DNA of 64,000 nucleotides from Mytilus trossulus (taxonomy: Eukaryota): the NCBI RefSeq assembly GCF_036588685.1, contig NC_086386.1:57908001-57972000 (forward strand), in the 5' to 3' direction. Both the position numbers and the translations under genes were made by a program. The number at the start of each line of letters is the position of its first letter. Position 1 is the first letter of the stretch. Positions 62,191 through 64,000 of this stretch are shown one piece after another. The notes beneath the pieces are model-generated. The model was not told the origin of the DNA. It searched no databases and saw only the letters and a list, made by a program, of their open reading frames with translations.

Positions 62191-64000
62191 GAAGATGTCG
62201 ATGCCATATAGTTTAACCCTTGTCCGAAATTCCGAAATTCCGTAATTCCAAAATTCATGACTGATCAGTTGTACTTTATAAGTTTCTTAATAATTCTAAC
62301 AGAACAGAGTCTTGAGTTTTTATAACATCATTCCGTAATTCCGTCATCCCGTCATTCTGCAACAAACCATTATACGGAGTTTTTTTTCTTAACGCCTTCA
62401 GATATTGGTCTGATTTTTGGTATGTAAGTTTACCATAATGAGTTACAGATCAAGTTTAAGTTTCATTCCACTCCTTAAATTTTTGCAGAAATTACGGGCT
62501 TGGGACTTTGATAAAATGTTGAAAATCATAGTTATACAGATTTTTTTTTCTAAACTCTTTCAGATATTGGGCTGATTTTTGGTATGTGAATTAACCATGA
62601 TGAGTTACAGATAAAGTTTAAAGAACGGAACGAAACTTAAACTTTAATCATTCAAAATCATTTTTACTCATAAAATAAAATCGTAGTAAATGATTCAAAA
62701 ACAAAAATAAAAATAAAGAGTAGTTCTTTATTAAAATCATATATTTCCTATATCTTAATATACACATATTTATATCTGCGTCTTATTAATCTCTGATTCA
62801 ATGCCCAGATTTGGTTATATTGTGTTACTCTTTCTGGTTTATATCTTTTTATCTTTTAAATAAGCTTTGGATTTTCAAATATTTTGTCAATATGCAAACC
62901 TTGTGATAGGCAGAATTTGTGATTATAATCACTCTTAGAGACATAATTCCCAAAATAATCTTATCTACAGTAAATCAAAATTACAAATACATATCTTTTA
63001 AATAAGCTTTGGATTTTCAAATATTTTGGCTTGTTAATATGCGCACCTGGTGCAGTAGATAGGTAGAATTCTTAGATTATCAACTTCGATACAATTAGAT
63101 GGTTGTTTTCAATTTAAATGAAAAATATCTGGAATGTACATGACTAATAAGAGGTAACTCTCGTTTGCCTTTTCTGCTTTTTCTCACAATGATGAGAAAA
63201 TACAAGAACTAGTACGCCTATTATACAAATATTGTTTTGCCAAGAAAATGTACGTTCTATTCATACTTTCCCAGTTAAAGAATTAAACTATGGTGTGTAA
63301 CTGAGTTTGTGCGTGTGTATGTATATACATATAAACATATATGTGTGTGACGATTGACCAAGGACATACATGCTAATTACTTTGAGAAATCAAATTTATA
63401 TAATTAAGAAATTCTGTGTGCTTCTTGATTTTCTGAAACATTGTTATCAGAAAAACAATGTTTGCTTTAACACAAAACAAACTTAATGCTACTAGCAGGT
63501 TGGCGAAAGTTAGGTGGTAATGCAAAAACATTAAGCATTGTATTACTGACCAACAGAATGAATTCTCATAGAAAAATATAATATGCATAACCTCACATTA
63601 ATAAAAATATCATAAGATGCAAACACTAGACAAGATTTGTATATTGCTACAAAACTTCGCCAGTAACATATCAACGAATCATACGATTTGTTTGTTGCAA
63701 ATGTCCTTTTCTTAAGTAAGTTTTAAGTAAGGCGTTTAATTAGACGTAAGTTAGCATGACGATTATCGACCTTGCCATTGTATCAAAATAATCAAGTTTG
63801 AACTTGTAATTGTTTAAGACCTGGTTTTCTTAAAGAAACTACCATAGCAAGTCTTTTAAATAGCCTGGCAAAACGTGGATTCAAATTTAGTTTCAAAGCC
63901 TCGCAGAATGCTGTTCTGGCTGATTTATTATGTCCCTTTAAGTGTAAAGCAGTACCAAGAAAATAGTAAGATTTTGAAAGAACTCCTAAATCATTTCCGA

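Overview
AT-rich, intron-containing animal DNA. Repeat content and gene style suggest a bivalve, probably Mytilus-like (inference). Host genes: (1) the 5' end of a Met-rich secreted protein (- strand, runs off the window, absent from the ORF track); (2) a 6-exon DNAAF6/PIH1D3; (3) an intronless HSP70 with upstream heat-shock elements; (4) a 12-exon LRR + EF-hand gene (LRRC74-like); (5) a disrupted 3-exon gene of an uncharacterised, possibly nuclease-fold family. The main feature is a three-level nest at 39.2-57.9 kb. Exon 1 of gene 5 is split by a young LTR element (43349-57672; 305-bp LTRs about 99% identical, TG...TA ends, GGTT target-site duplication (TSD)). Its reconstructed polyprotein reads HhH - Gag - zinc knuckle - aspartic protease - unknown Cys/His domain, with no RT, RNase H or integrase. 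Inside it lies a full-length AcademH-type DNA transposon (49135-57053; TAG...CTA ends, perfect 9-bp TSD) with a spliced transposase and a convergent RecQ-like helicase. Removing the LTR element restores the host reading frame exactly. The rest is non-autonomous DNA transposons, long palindromes, tandem repeats and a decayed Academ-like transposase. All family assignments come from motif recognition, not database searches.
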